Part shown: positions 16,386 to 25,679 of the stretch, one piece after another
How positions within the stretch are numbered: the stretch's first letter is position 1
Layout: each line of letters begins with the position of its first letter
From: Chitinophagales bacterium
GTDB lineage: Bacteria; Bacteroidota; Bacteroidia; Chitinophagales; BACL12
Length of the DNA: 64,000 bases
Assembly (NCBI GenBank): GCA_020636645.1
Contig: JACJXO010000002.1
Location: 106,465 to 170,464, forward strand
Direction of reading: 5' to 3'
Notes under the pieces: model-generated
Seen by the model: the letters and a program-made list of their open reading frames with translations, nothing else
What the model was told of the DNA's origin: nothing
Database searches by the model: none
Position numbers and translations under genes: made by a program

Positions 16386-18923
16386 ATGAAAACCAATTGG
16401 CTCTTGATATTATTGACAATTTGCCATTCTGTTTATGGACAAACAAATTCAATATCAATTAGTGGAACAAACTATGATATTCAAGAGGATCTCTACGGAA
16501 TCCATATTCAAAAATATTTTACCAATACATATACTAGCACAAGCTCAACAACATATGTTGGAATGGATCCAGAATTGGCAGAGGAGGGACTAATTGGACT
16601 TCAACCAGAAATTGTTAGATTTCCTGGAGGCGGAAGTAGCAGATTTATGCATCCGCACCCGTCTTATGGTTCCAGCTACTCTTACGGTTGGAATCTAGTT
16701 GAGATATGTAATTATTATGCGTATGTAATGGATGATTATTGTAGCTGTAATTGTGAGGAATTAGCTGCTACAGCTAGTGTTGACGGAACTTTTGACGATT
16801 TTGATGAGCTTGACGATTTTTTTTCAGAGATGGGAAGTGTAACTGATTGTTCAGATGCAGCAACTGATATGGAAAACAATGAAGGCGGTAGGTTAAGGGA
16901 AGTGATTAGCAATCAAAATGATGCCGCAAGTCCATATATTGATCAATTTATTACTCTAATTTTGAATATGGAGGATGAGCTTGAGAGAGATGTAGATGTT
17001 GTATACTGTGCAAACATACTTACGTCATCTGCCACGGAAATAGTTGAAACTTTAAATTATCTTATTACTTCGGGGGTTAATGTAGTAGCCGTTGAGCTTG
17101 GAAATGAAACCTATTCTAACTTTAATGCTCCAGTTTTTAATGATGATATGAATTATAAAGGATTCGAAAATTATTGGGACTATATTAACGGAATTGGCTT
17201 GTCAGCGAGTTGCACTAAGTATGATGAATTAATTGCAAAGCCAAGAAATGGTAACACAGATCATGATTTTATTGATGCCATTAGAAGTACATATTCTTGG
17301 GGTATAAATATAAAAATTGGAGTGCCAAGTATTGGACATGATGATTTTACCAATGTATTCAGATTTAGTGAGGAAGAGGAGGAGGAAGAGTTTACCCCCG
17401 GAACAATGCCAATGGGTTGCCCTGGAAGACATGGAGATTGGAATGCGGGTATACAGTCAAAAATGAGTGAAACAGTTGAAGTTTCAGGCATTGATTATCC
17501 TTCCTTTGATGGCGTCGTAATTCACCCTTATTATGCTGACTATGACCTTTTTGATCGAATGGAGGCTATTGTATGTGCAGCTGGGGGTATTGAAGATGAT
17601 GTACCAGACTGTGAGGATAATGAAATTCAGCAATTAACTGAGGAATATGATTTTTCGATGGTTGTAGAGGAACTTGATCCTGCATTCGACGGAAACTTGT
17701 TATTTACAACTTACTTATTTTTAAAGAGAAATATGGAGTTGGCTGGTGTATCCAGTAACGATGGTTATTTTGAGCAGTTTATAAAAGCTATTCAAGATGA
17801 TTATGGTTTTTTTGGAGGTGAATATGGAAAGGAACTTTGGACTACAGAATGGAATTATGCAAATCTTTCGGATGTGGTTCCATATGCTGGAGGTCCAAAA
17901 GATCTATTTAGCATATATGGTAATACTCTTTGGCAAGGTTATGTAGTATTTGAATATTTGATTAGGCAGATACAAGCAAATCTATTGTCTATTACAGATG
18001 ATGATGGTCTAGGTTTTGATGCAGATTTTTATACTATTTCGACTATACATCATTTTTTGGGAGAATCAAATGTGCACCTTATATCCAATCGTAAGGATAA
18101 TATTGGTGATTATAATGCACCTGTCCTCGAAGATGATGAGTATGTTAGGAGGATTTCATTTTTGTCAATGGCAATGTTGGCACCTATTTTCAATCTTGAT
18201 TTGAAATACACTGCATGTTCATATGGAGGCGTTAACAAAAAGCTTTACTTAACTACATTTAATAAGTCTGGGGAATATTTTGTGTATTATGTTAACTTGA
18301 ATAATACTGATCAAGAAGTAACAATTTCAGGCTTAGATTCATATTATACTCCACCACCTATACCCATGGAATGTCCAACATGTTGGCGTCAACATTACCA
18401 GTTAAATTATGTAGGTGGGGATGAATGTTATTTAGATAATTGCTATTTGTATAATACAATGGGATCATCATATTTGTTTGATACAGACTTCAACACATTT
18501 TATTCAGATCCTGCGGATATACCATTTACTATACAGCCTGACATAAATAAGGAGAATGTAATCTTGCCTTTGCCGGAGGAGGAAATGTCTGAGGATTTAA
18601 GTGTTATTCTACCAAAAATGAGTTTCGGATATGTTTATATACCTGTTCATACCTGGGGCACTTTACGAGAAAGTGGTTATACCCAAAAGCTTATAGCATA
18701 TCCAAATCCAACAAGTTCCAATGTGCAAATTGAGTTATCAGATAGTATTTTTGGGGATATTGAAGTGTTTGATAATTTAGGCGCAATAGTTCTTCAATAT
18801 AGCCCAAATACATATGAAACACTCATTAACTTAGACTTGTCTAATTTGGCAAATGGCTTATATCATATTAAAATAGTTTTTAATGATATGGACGTTGAAA
18901 TGATACCTATAATAAAAAATTGA
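16386..18923 (+). CDS. T9SS-secreted clan GH-A-like glycosidase candidate (very AT-rich gene)
   Basis: 845 aa with a signal peptide. Motifs are RFPGGGSS, VAVELGNETYS (NE motif) and ELWTTEWNY (candidate nucleophile). There is an acidic EEEEEEE tract. The CTD reads YPNPTSSNVQIEL...LYHIKIV. Confidence 0.55.
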   Translation: MKTNWLLILLTICHSVYGQTNSISISGTNYDIQEDLYGIHIQKYFTNTYTSTSSTTYVGMDPELAEEGLIGLQPEIVRFPGGGSSRFMHPHPSYGSSYSYGWNLVEICNYYAYVMDDYCSCNCEELAATASVDGTFDDFDELDDFFSEMGSVTDCSDAATDMENNEGGRLREVISNQNDAASPYIDQFITLILNMEDELERDVDVVYCANILTSSATEIVETLNYLITSGVNVVAVELGNETYSNFNAPVFNDDMNYKGFENYWDYINGIGLSASCTKYDELIAKPRNGNTDHDFIDAIRSTYSWGINIKIGVPSIGHDDFTNVFRFSEEEEEEEFTPGTMPMGCPGRHGDWNAGIQSKMSETVEVSGIDYPSFDGVVIHPYYADYDLFDRMEAIVCAAGGIEDDVPDCEDNEIQQLTEEYDFSMVVEELDPAFDGNLLFTTYLFLKRNMELAGVSSNDGYFEQFIKAIQDDYGFFGGEYGKELWTTEWNYANLSDVVPYAGGPKDLFSIYGNTLWQGYVVFEYLIRQIQANLLSITDDDGLGFDADFYTISTIHHFLGESNVHLISNRKDNIGDYNAPVLEDDEYVRRISFLSMAMLAPIFNLDLKYTACSYGGVNKKLYLTTFNKSGEYFVYYVNLNNTDQEVTISGLDSYYTPPPIPMECPTCWRQHYQLNYVGGDECYLDNCYLYNTMGSSYLFDTDFNTFYSDPADIPFTIQPDINKENVILPLPEEEMSEDLSVILPKMSFGYVYIPVHTWGTLRESGYTQKLIAYPNPTSSNVQIELSDSIFGDIEVFDNLGAIVLQYSPNTYETLINLDLSNLANGLYHIKIVFNDMDVEMIPIIKN

Positions 18924-19024
18924 TCGTGCTTGTGATATGGTTCTCAGAGCGAATAAGATTATTTTTGTTAAATTGTAAATTACTCTTTTAATATCGTTAT
19001 TTTCCTGCTGCTTACCTTTGCGGG

Positions 19025-20287
19025 ATGAATGTAATTGCGGGATACATGAGTCTGGATGAGGTGCGTGCCATGGATGCCACAGATCCGATGGCCTCCTTCA
19101 GATCACACTACCATATACCTCAGCACGACGGAAAAGATGCCGTGTATCTGTGTGGCAACTCGCTTGGATTGCAACCTAAAAAGACACGACAGTATATAGA
19201 AGAAGAATTGAAAGACTGGGAGACACTTGGTGTGGAAGGTCATATGCACGGGCGTCATCCATGGTTCTATTACCACCATTTTCTGGAGGAATCCGTCGCC
19301 CGATTGGCGGGAGCATCTCCTCTGGAGGTAGTGATCATGAATACCCTCACGGTCAACCTCAATCTGCTGATGGTAAGCTTCTATCGTCCTACCAAATCAC
19401 GCTATAAGATCCTGATGGAATACATGGCTTTTCCGTCTGATCAGTATGCCATGGAAATGCAGGTGCGATACCACGGGTTCGATACGGCAGATGCCATCGT
19501 GGAAGTGAAACCCAGAGAGGGTGAACACGCCCTGCGCACCGAAGACATCCTGCAGCTGATCGATGAACACCGGAATGAACTGGCCCTGGTTATGATGGGA
19601 GGGGTCAACTATTATACCGGTCAGTTATATGACATGGCAACCATCACAAAAGCGGCGCATGATGCAGGTGCTCTTGCCGGTTTCGATCTGGCACATGCTG
19701 CCGGAAATGTACCGCTGCACCTGCATGACTGGGGTGTTGATTTTGCCTGTTGGTGCACCTATAAGTATCTCAACAGCGGACCCGGTGGAGCAAGCGGCGT
19801 ATTCATTCATGAGCGGCATGCGCATGACGCCACGCTACCCAGATTTGCAGGCTGGTGGGGTAATGCAGAAGATACCCGCTTTCAGATGAAAAAAGGATTC
19901 CATCCGCAACCCGGCGCTGCAGGCTGGCAGCAGAGCAATGCCCAGATCCTGCCCATGGCCGCCCATCGTGCCGCAATGGAATTGTTCGATCAGGCAGGTA
20001 TGGATGCGCTGCGTACCAAAAGCCTGGCACTGACCGGACTGCTGGAGGAACTGTTGCAGATCCAGCCGGGAAAGTTCCACATCATTACCCCTGCAGATCC
20101 GGCACAACGCGGGTGCCAGCTGAGCATCCTTACAGGTGCGGGTGGCCGACAGTTGTTTGACAGACTGACGGCATCAGGTGTCATAGCAGACTGGCGTGAA
20201 CCCAATGTGATCCGGGTTGCCCCCGTACCAATGTATAACTCTTTTGAAGATGTATATCGGTTCGCAGAGCTGATGTATCAGGACTGA
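19025..20287 (+). CDS. kynU: Kynureninase
   Basis: 420 aa. It carries YLCGNSLGLQPK and the class-V aminotransferase fold motif TYKYLNSGPG (PLP Lys region). The length is typical for KynU. Confidence 0.85.
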   Translation: MNVIAGYMSLDEVRAMDATDPMASFRSHYHIPQHDGKDAVYLCGNSLGLQPKKTRQYIEEELKDWETLGVEGHMHGRHPWFYYHHFLEESVARLAGASPLEVVIMNTLTVNLNLLMVSFYRPTKSRYKILMEYMAFPSDQYAMEMQVRYHGFDTADAIVEVKPREGEHALRTEDILQLIDEHRNELALVMMGGVNYYTGQLYDMATITKAAHDAGALAGFDLAHAAGNVPLHLHDWGVDFACWCTYKYLNSGPGGASGVFIHERHAHDATLPRFAGWWGNAEDTRFQMKKGFHPQPGAAGWQQSNAQILPMAAHRAAMELFDQAGMDALRTKSLALTGLLEELLQIQPGKFHIITPADPAQRGCQLSILTGAGGRQLFDRLTASGVIADWREPNVIRVAPVPMYNSFEDVYRFAELMYQD

Positions 20288-20832
20288 GACTGTACTTCCT
20301 GCCAGGTTTCTTTTGCCTGGATCAGATGTCGCAGCTCATGTTGTGTCATGATGTCAATGGCCCCTCCAACGGTATAGGTAATGAATTTTCCTGCCGGAGA
20401 ATGAATGATGACATTCTGTTCCACCAGATCCTGAGCTTCGGTAATCCACCTTTTAAAGTCTTCCTGTTGCTGCAGAAACCGGTTTACGATACCAGGTTCT
20501 ATTGAACTGGCAGATGGTTCCCAGATCGGGCGGGTCTTGTTCTTCTTCCGGTTATCAGGATGAATGGAACTATAAATGGTGCGATACCAGAAACGGGTCA
20601 TGAAGGGACGGCTTCCCAACCAACCGGGTTTCCACTGACCGTTGCGAACAGTTCTGATCACTGGAATGTAGCTTTCGTTGATCAGGATCAGATGCTCCAA
20701 CACCTGGGCCACACTCCAGCGGTCTGGTGCAGGTTTTATGTTCAGTGAAAGGTCATCGGCAGTACCAAACAGTTCTTCCACCTGTTCAGAAACCTGGCTG
20801 ATAACCTGCATCCATTTCTCGTGGTTGTTCAT
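20278..20832 (-). CDS. DinB-family (DinB_2) four-helix-bundle protein
   Basis: 184 aa with WSVAQVLEHLILINE and a C-terminal QHELRHLIQ His-rich pattern. Its convergent end overlaps kynU by 10 nt. Confidence 0.65.
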   Translation of the reverse strand: MNNHEKWMQVISQVSEQVEELFGTADDLSLNIKPAPDRWSVAQVLEHLILINESYIPVIRTVRNGQWKPGWLGSRPFMTRFWYRTIYSSIHPDNRKKNKTRPIWEPSASSIEPGIVNRFLQQQEDFKRWITEAQDLVEQNVIIHSPAGKFITYTVGGAIDIMTQHELRHLIQAKETWQEVQSQS

Positions 20833-20919
20833 GGGTTAAAGGTAGTGGTTAGTCATCACCGGATGCTGCGTCCAACCAAAGTCACCTGTAAGTGATAACG
20901 CATTCCCTACTTTTGTCTC

Positions 20920-22260
20920 ATGCAGGTTAAAAAGATCGCCATCATGGGAGCAGGTCTGGTAGGCTCCTTGCTCAGCATTTATCTGAAACGCCGTGGGTAT
21001 GAAGTACAGGTGTATGAACGGCGTCCTGATCTTCGTTCTACCGGTGCTGCCGGCGGACGTTCCATCAACCTGGCCATCAGTGACCGGGGCTGGAAGGCAC
21101 TGGCCGGTGCAGGGCTGGAAGAACAGATCAGAAAACTGGCCATACCCATGCATGGCAGGATGATGCACAGTGTGGAAGGTGGGCTCACCTTTCAGCCTTA
21201 TGGTCAACCCGGGCAGTTCATCAATTCGGTATCACGCGGGCAACTGAACATAGATCTCATGAATGCCGCAGAATCTGCCGGAGTGCCCTTTCATTTTGAG
21301 CAACGGGTTTTGCGGATGGATGTGGAAGCAGGGAAAGCAACCCTGGAAAATCTTACAAACCAGGATCGCTATGAATTGGAGGCCGATCTCATCATTGGCG
21401 CAGATGGTGCCTATTCCATGGTGCGCAACAGCCTGATGAAGACCGATCAGTTCAACTACAGCCAGCTCTATGAATCTCATTGCTATAAAGAACTGAGTAT
21501 TCCTCCTGCTCCGGATGGTGGATTCCTTATAGATAAGAATGCTTTACATATCTGGCCCAGGAAGAGCTTCATGCTCATAGCCCTGCCCAATCTGGATGGC
21601 AGTTTTACGGTAACCCTGTTTGCACCCACCAAAGGACCGGAATCATTTGAAACGATCACTACACCGGAATCACTGCAGGTATATTTTCAAAAATACTTTC
21701 CGGATGTGTTGCCCCTTATGCCAGACCTGGAAGCAGATTTCTTTGGCAATCCGACAGGCTCACTTATGACCGTGAAATGTTTCCCCTGGACTGTGGGAAA
21801 TGGCATGCTCATTGGCGATGCAGCCCATGCAGTAGTGCCATTCTATGGCCAGGGGATGAATTGCGGGTTTGAAGACTGTACCGTGCTGGATGAGTTGCTG
21901 AATACCCTGGATGACAACTGGTCAAAGGTCTTACCTGCCTATCAGGAAAGCCGCAAGCCCAATGCCGATGGTATAGCAGATCTGGCCAGGTTGAATTTTA
22001 TTGAAATGCGTGACCTGGTGGCTGACCCTGACTTTCTGTTCAAACGAAAGATAGCCGGAAAAGTAGCAGCCACACATCCTGACCGCTTCATACCAGTGTA
22101 CAGTATGGTAAGCTTCAGTCATCTGCCCTATGCTGACGCATTAAAGGAGTACACCAGGCAGGATGAAGTGCTGTCTGATGTGATCACCTGGCCCCATATC
22201 GGGGAAAAATGGGACAATGAGTACCTGCCCAGGATAACCGAATTGTTGCAGAATCAATAA
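20920..22260 (+). CDS. kmo: Kynurenine 3-monooxygenase (FAD-dependent)
   Basis: 446 aa. The N-terminus KIAIMGAGLVGSLLSIYLKRRGYEVQVYERRPD is a dinucleotide-binding fold. GRSINLAIS and GDAAHAVVPFYGQGMN motifs are present. Confidence 0.85.
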   Translation: MQVKKIAIMGAGLVGSLLSIYLKRRGYEVQVYERRPDLRSTGAAGGRSINLAISDRGWKALAGAGLEEQIRKLAIPMHGRMMHSVEGGLTFQPYGQPGQFINSVSRGQLNIDLMNAAESAGVPFHFEQRVLRMDVEAGKATLENLTNQDRYELEADLIIGADGAYSMVRNSLMKTDQFNYSQLYESHCYKELSIPPAPDGGFLIDKNALHIWPRKSFMLIALPNLDGSFTVTLFAPTKGPESFETITTPESLQVYFQKYFPDVLPLMPDLEADFFGNPTGSLMTVKCFPWTVGNGMLIGDAAHAVVPFYGQGMNCGFEDCTVLDELLNTLDDNWSKVLPAYQESRKPNADGIADLARLNFIEMRDLVADPDFLFKRKIAGKVAATHPDRFIPVYSMVSFSHLPYADALKEYTRQDEVLSDVITWPHIGEKWDNEYLPRITELLQNQ

Positions 22261-22290
22261 AAAAAGCCCGGCCTCAGGCCGGGCTTTTTG
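22261..22290. terminator. Bidirectional terminator AGCCCGGCC-TCA-GGCCGGGCT flanked by A5/T5
   Basis: It lies between the convergent kmo gene and the small lipoprotein gene. Confidence 0.75.
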
Positions 22291-22307
22291 CTATATGAAT
22301 AGGGTTA

Positions 22308-22700
22308 TCAGTTTCCGCCTCGCTTGTTGATATCCTTCTTGACGGTCTTTTCTGCATCTGAACCACCGCGGTCAGTTACCTTTTTCTCTACCTGGGTAGA
22401 ACCACCACGATCATTTACAGATTTGTCGTCGCTCTTGGTATCTGTTGTGGTTGTAGTGGTAGAAGTAGATGACTTGGTGCTGCCGCTGCTGGTCTTGTTG
22501 GCAGGAGCTGACATTTCTTCCCACATCATGTGCAGGTTGGCAATAGAGTCCATCAACATGGCCTTGTCAGCCTGGCAGAGGCTGTCGGCGGCTGCCATGT
22601 CCATTTTCAGTTTTTCGATCTCTTCAGCTGCCTTTTTGTCGGTACATGAGGCAACAAGCAGGCCCAGAGAGAAAATGATAGCGAGATTCCTGATTTTCAT
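22308..22700 (-). CDS. Small lipoprotein with a poly-Ser/Thr tract and three C-terminal (D/K)RGG repeats
   Basis: The lipobox is MKIRNLAIIFSLGLLVASC. The low-complexity tract is SSTSTTTTTTD. The repeats are NDRGGS, TDRGGS and NKRGGN. The start is chosen at the internal Met (22700). Confidence 0.6.
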   Translation of the reverse strand: MKIRNLAIIFSLGLLVASCTDKKAAEEIEKLKMDMAAADSLCQADKAMLMDSIANLHMMWEEMSAPANKTSSGSTKSSTSTTTTTTDTKSDDKSVNDRGGSTQVEKKVTDRGGSDAEKTVKKDINKRGGN

Positions 22701-22798
22701 TGTTAAGATTTTAAAATTTGGAATAATATTTGACAACAAAAGTAAGAATAACCAAAATCCTAAGGTTAATTTTGCACCTAAATTTAAACGTTAACGTC

Positions 22799-23464
22799 AT
22801 GAAAAGAATGAAAATTTTAGTTCCAGCCCTGTTTTTGGGTGCCGGAGTACTGTTTATGACCGGTTGTGGTACCGATGATCTGGATGCCCCGGTGGTCACA
22901 CTCAACGGCGATAACCCACAGATCATCGATCTGGGCGATGCTTACACAGAAGCTGGCGCCATTGCTACCGATAACGAAGACGGAGATATCTCTGCTTCTA
23001 TCGTTACTGATGCTACAGGAGTAAATACCGCCATGGTTGGCAAGTACACTGTAACCTACACCGTAGTGGATGAAGCCGGCAACACCGGTACCGCAGAACG
23101 TGATGTATGGGTTCGTGCAACTGCAGATGACTATGTAGGTTTCTTCACCGTTACCGAAAACTGTATCGGCAGCATCGATCCTTATGAGATCAACATCGTT
23201 AAGATCAACGCCACTACTGTACGGGTATCTAACCTGGGCGATTTTGATGCCGGTGAGACCCTGTTTGACATGGAACTGAGCGGCGACCTGAACGACGTGG
23301 TTACCATCAATGATTCTGATGATAATGATGCCACACTGTTCTGTACAGCTTCAGGTTCACTGGTTGACGGTATGAGCGGTGCTATGCACTTCAACGTCTC
23401 CTATACCTTTGACGATGGTACTGACTCCTTCACCTGTTCTGATGTAGATATCGAACAGAACTGA
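22799..23464 (+). CDS. Lipoprotein with a DUF5011-type bacterial Ig-like domain
   Basis: The lipobox is MKRMKILVPALFLGAGVLFMTGC. DAPVVTLNGDNPQIIDLGDAYTEAGAIATDNEDGDIS...YTVTYTVVDEAGN matches the DUF5011 pattern. Confidence 0.7.
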   Translation: MKRMKILVPALFLGAGVLFMTGCGTDDLDAPVVTLNGDNPQIIDLGDAYTEAGAIATDNEDGDISASIVTDATGVNTAMVGKYTVTYTVVDEAGNTGTAERDVWVRATADDYVGFFTVTENCIGSIDPYEINIVKINATTVRVSNLGDFDAGETLFDMELSGDLNDVVTINDSDDNDATLFCTASGSLVDGMSGAMHFNVSYTFDDGTDSFTCSDVDIEQN

Positions 23465-23486
23465 TTCAGATCAAATCTTAGAGATG

Positions 23487-23516
23487 ACCCCGGCCTTGTG
23501 CCGGGGTTTTCTTTTA
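23487..23516 (+). terminator. Terminator ACCCCGGC-CTTGT-GCCGGGGT + T-rich tail
   Basis: An 8-bp GC stem is followed by TTTCTTTT after the stop at 23464. Confidence 0.65.
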
Positions 23517-23526
23517 CCTTTAAGCC

Positions 23527-24150
23527 ATGCGCTGGTTTGTCCTTTCAGTCCTCCCTTTGATCTGGTCCTGTGAAAGACCTGATACCATCGCTCCGCGTAT
23601 TACCCTCCTGCCGGACCCGCAGCCTGTTCATTATCTGGATGAACCGTATGTGGATCCGGGTGCTTCGGTGCTGGACAACCTCACCTGCAATACCGAAGGC
23701 ATGCTGTACACAGATTCGCAGGTGGACGTATCGCACTACGGATCTTACCAGGTCATCTATACAGCCACCGATGAGGCAGCTAACAGCCAGACCGCTGTTC
23801 GCGATGTAGATATCGTGCTGGCCACCACGAACTACCACCACCTCTACTACCAGGCTACTGACACCTGTACCTCAGGCATCTATACTTATGTGGGTCTGAT
23901 TCAGGATTGCGATTGCGAAGGGCAGGAAGTGACCGTAGCCAATATCAGCAACTTCGGTTTGTCAGCCACTTTTGATCTGCCTGTTACCGGCACTTATAAT
24001 GAGATACTGGAACTGGATACACTCAAGACAGGCGTGTACTTCCTGGGTAATGCCACCATGTCATCAGGTGCAGATACCCTTTTCTGGACCTACACCATCA
24101 CCGCCGATGGCGATGAAGATGTGTGTCATAGCCAGTGGGTGAAGGAGTGA
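23527..24150 (+). CDS. Lipoprotein, paralogous DUF5011-like Ig domain protein
   Basis: The lipobox is MRWFVLSVLPLIWSC. IAPRITLLPDPQPVHYLDEPYVDPGASVLDN...YQVIYTATDEAAN parallels the upstream gene. Confidence 0.65.
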   Translation: MRWFVLSVLPLIWSCERPDTIAPRITLLPDPQPVHYLDEPYVDPGASVLDNLTCNTEGMLYTDSQVDVSHYGSYQVIYTATDEAANSQTAVRDVDIVLATTNYHHLYYQATDTCTSGIYTYVGLIQDCDCEGQEVTVANISNFGLSATFDLPVTGTYNEILELDTLKTGVYFLGNATMSSGADTLFWTYTITADGDEDVCHSQWVKE

Positions 24151-24153
24151 TCT

Positions 24154-25668
24154 TTATTCCGTATCCTGAATTCCTGAATCAGCATCTCTTTTTTCATTCC
24201 CATCCCCCTTCAGATAACTGGGCAGATTCAGTCCGGCCATATCGAAGAGATCATTGAGTGGTGGCACCGTACGCATCAGCCCGGAAACAAAATTGGCAGT
24301 GGAACCCTGACCACTTTCTTTATCATTACCAGAATCCCAGACAGTGATCTTGTCGATCTTGATATTCTTGATGGCTTCCACCTGTGTCTTAACCAGCTCG
24401 GGCAATTTCTCTATCAGCAATAAATGGAATGCTTTTGTAGGATCACCGCCAGCAGCAGCCACTACTTCACGGTAACCTTCGGCCTGTTTGGTCAGGATCT
24501 CATAAAGACCTTTTGCCTCGGCCTCCATTTTCGCATAGATGGCATCAGCTTCGCCCTTGGCATTTTCACGCACAGCTTCGGCAATGGCCTGAGCCTCAAT
24601 GATCGCTTTTTGCTTGGAGATCTCAGCAGGTATCACCACGTTAGCCACCTGAGTAGAACGTTCCCGCTCACTTCGGGCTGTCTCCGCTTTTTGCTCTGCC
24701 TGGTAGGCAAGTTCCAGGGCTTTGGCCTGCTGAACTTTCTCAGCTGTGATGGCCACCCGTAAGGCCTCAGCCTCCTTTTCCCGCCTGTTTGCATCTGAAT
24801 TGGCAATGGAGATCTTGGCGGTATTCTCTCCTTCAATTGCAAATGCATTCGCTTCAGATGTTTTGATACGGGTATCTCTGTCTGCTTCCGCTTTTCCGAT
24901 AGCCTCATCTTTGTGCGCAGAGGCAATACTCACCTCCCGGTCTTTCTGTGTTATGGCGATCTTCACATCACGGTCTCGATGAGTTTCTGCTATCTGTACA
25001 TCTTTCTCCCTGTCTGCAAGAGCCTTCCCGGTCTCCCCGATCTTTTCCTGTTCGGCCACACTGATCTTGGCATCGTTGATGGCTTTTGCGGCTGCTTCCT
25101 TTCCAAGTGCTTCAATGTAACCCGATTCATCTTTGATATCTGTTACGTTCACGTTGATGAGTTTCAGGCCGATCTTCTTCAGCTCTGAATCCACATTCTT
25201 CGAAATATTCTCCAGGAATTTATCGCGGTCTGAGTTGATCTCTTCGATCGTCATGGTAGCAATGACCAGACGCAGCTGACCGAACAGGATGTCTTTAGCC
25301 AGTTCCTGGATCTGTTCTGAAGAAAGTCCCAGAAGACGTTCTGCAGCAGTGTTCATATTGTCAGCCTCAGTAGAGATGGCGATCGTGAACCGACAGGGCA
25401 CATCGACCCGTATATTCTGCCGGCTCAGGGCGTTGGTGAGGTTGGCTTCAATAGACAAGGGCTTCAGGTCCAGGAATGCATAATCCTGTACTACAGGCCA
25501 GATAAATGCACCACCACCATGTATACATTTGGCGGATGTACCACCCGTCCGGCCATAAATGACCAGGATCTTGTCTGAAGGGCAGCGCTTGTACCTTGAT
25601 ACCAGCACGGAAACGGTCACAAAGAATACGATCGCCGCTACAACAACGATGATAACAGGAGAAACCAT
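24154..25668 (-). CDS. Flotillin (SPFH/band-7 family, YqiK/FloT-like)
   Basis: 504 aa with an N-terminal TM segment, an SPFH domain and a long E/A/K-rich coiled-coil (flotillin repeats). Confidence 0.8.
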   Translation of the reverse strand: MVSPVIIVVVAAIVFFVTVSVLVSRYKRCPSDKILVIYGRTGGTSAKCIHGGGAFIWPVVQDYAFLDLKPLSIEANLTNALSRQNIRVDVPCRFTIAISTEADNMNTAAERLLGLSSEQIQELAKDILFGQLRLVIATMTIEEINSDRDKFLENISKNVDSELKKIGLKLINVNVTDIKDESGYIEALGKEAAAKAINDAKISVAEQEKIGETGKALADREKDVQIAETHRDRDVKIAITQKDREVSIASAHKDEAIGKAEADRDTRIKTSEANAFAIEGENTAKISIANSDANRREKEAEALRVAITAEKVQQAKALELAYQAEQKAETARSERERSTQVANVVIPAEISKQKAIIEAQAIAEAVRENAKGEADAIYAKMEAEAKGLYEILTKQAEGYREVVAAAGGDPTKAFHLLLIEKLPELVKTQVEAIKNIKIDKITVWDSGNDKESGQGSTANFVSGLMRTVPPLNDLFDMAGLNLPSYLKGDGNEKRDADSGIQDTE

Positions 25669-25679
25669 AGATATTTATT

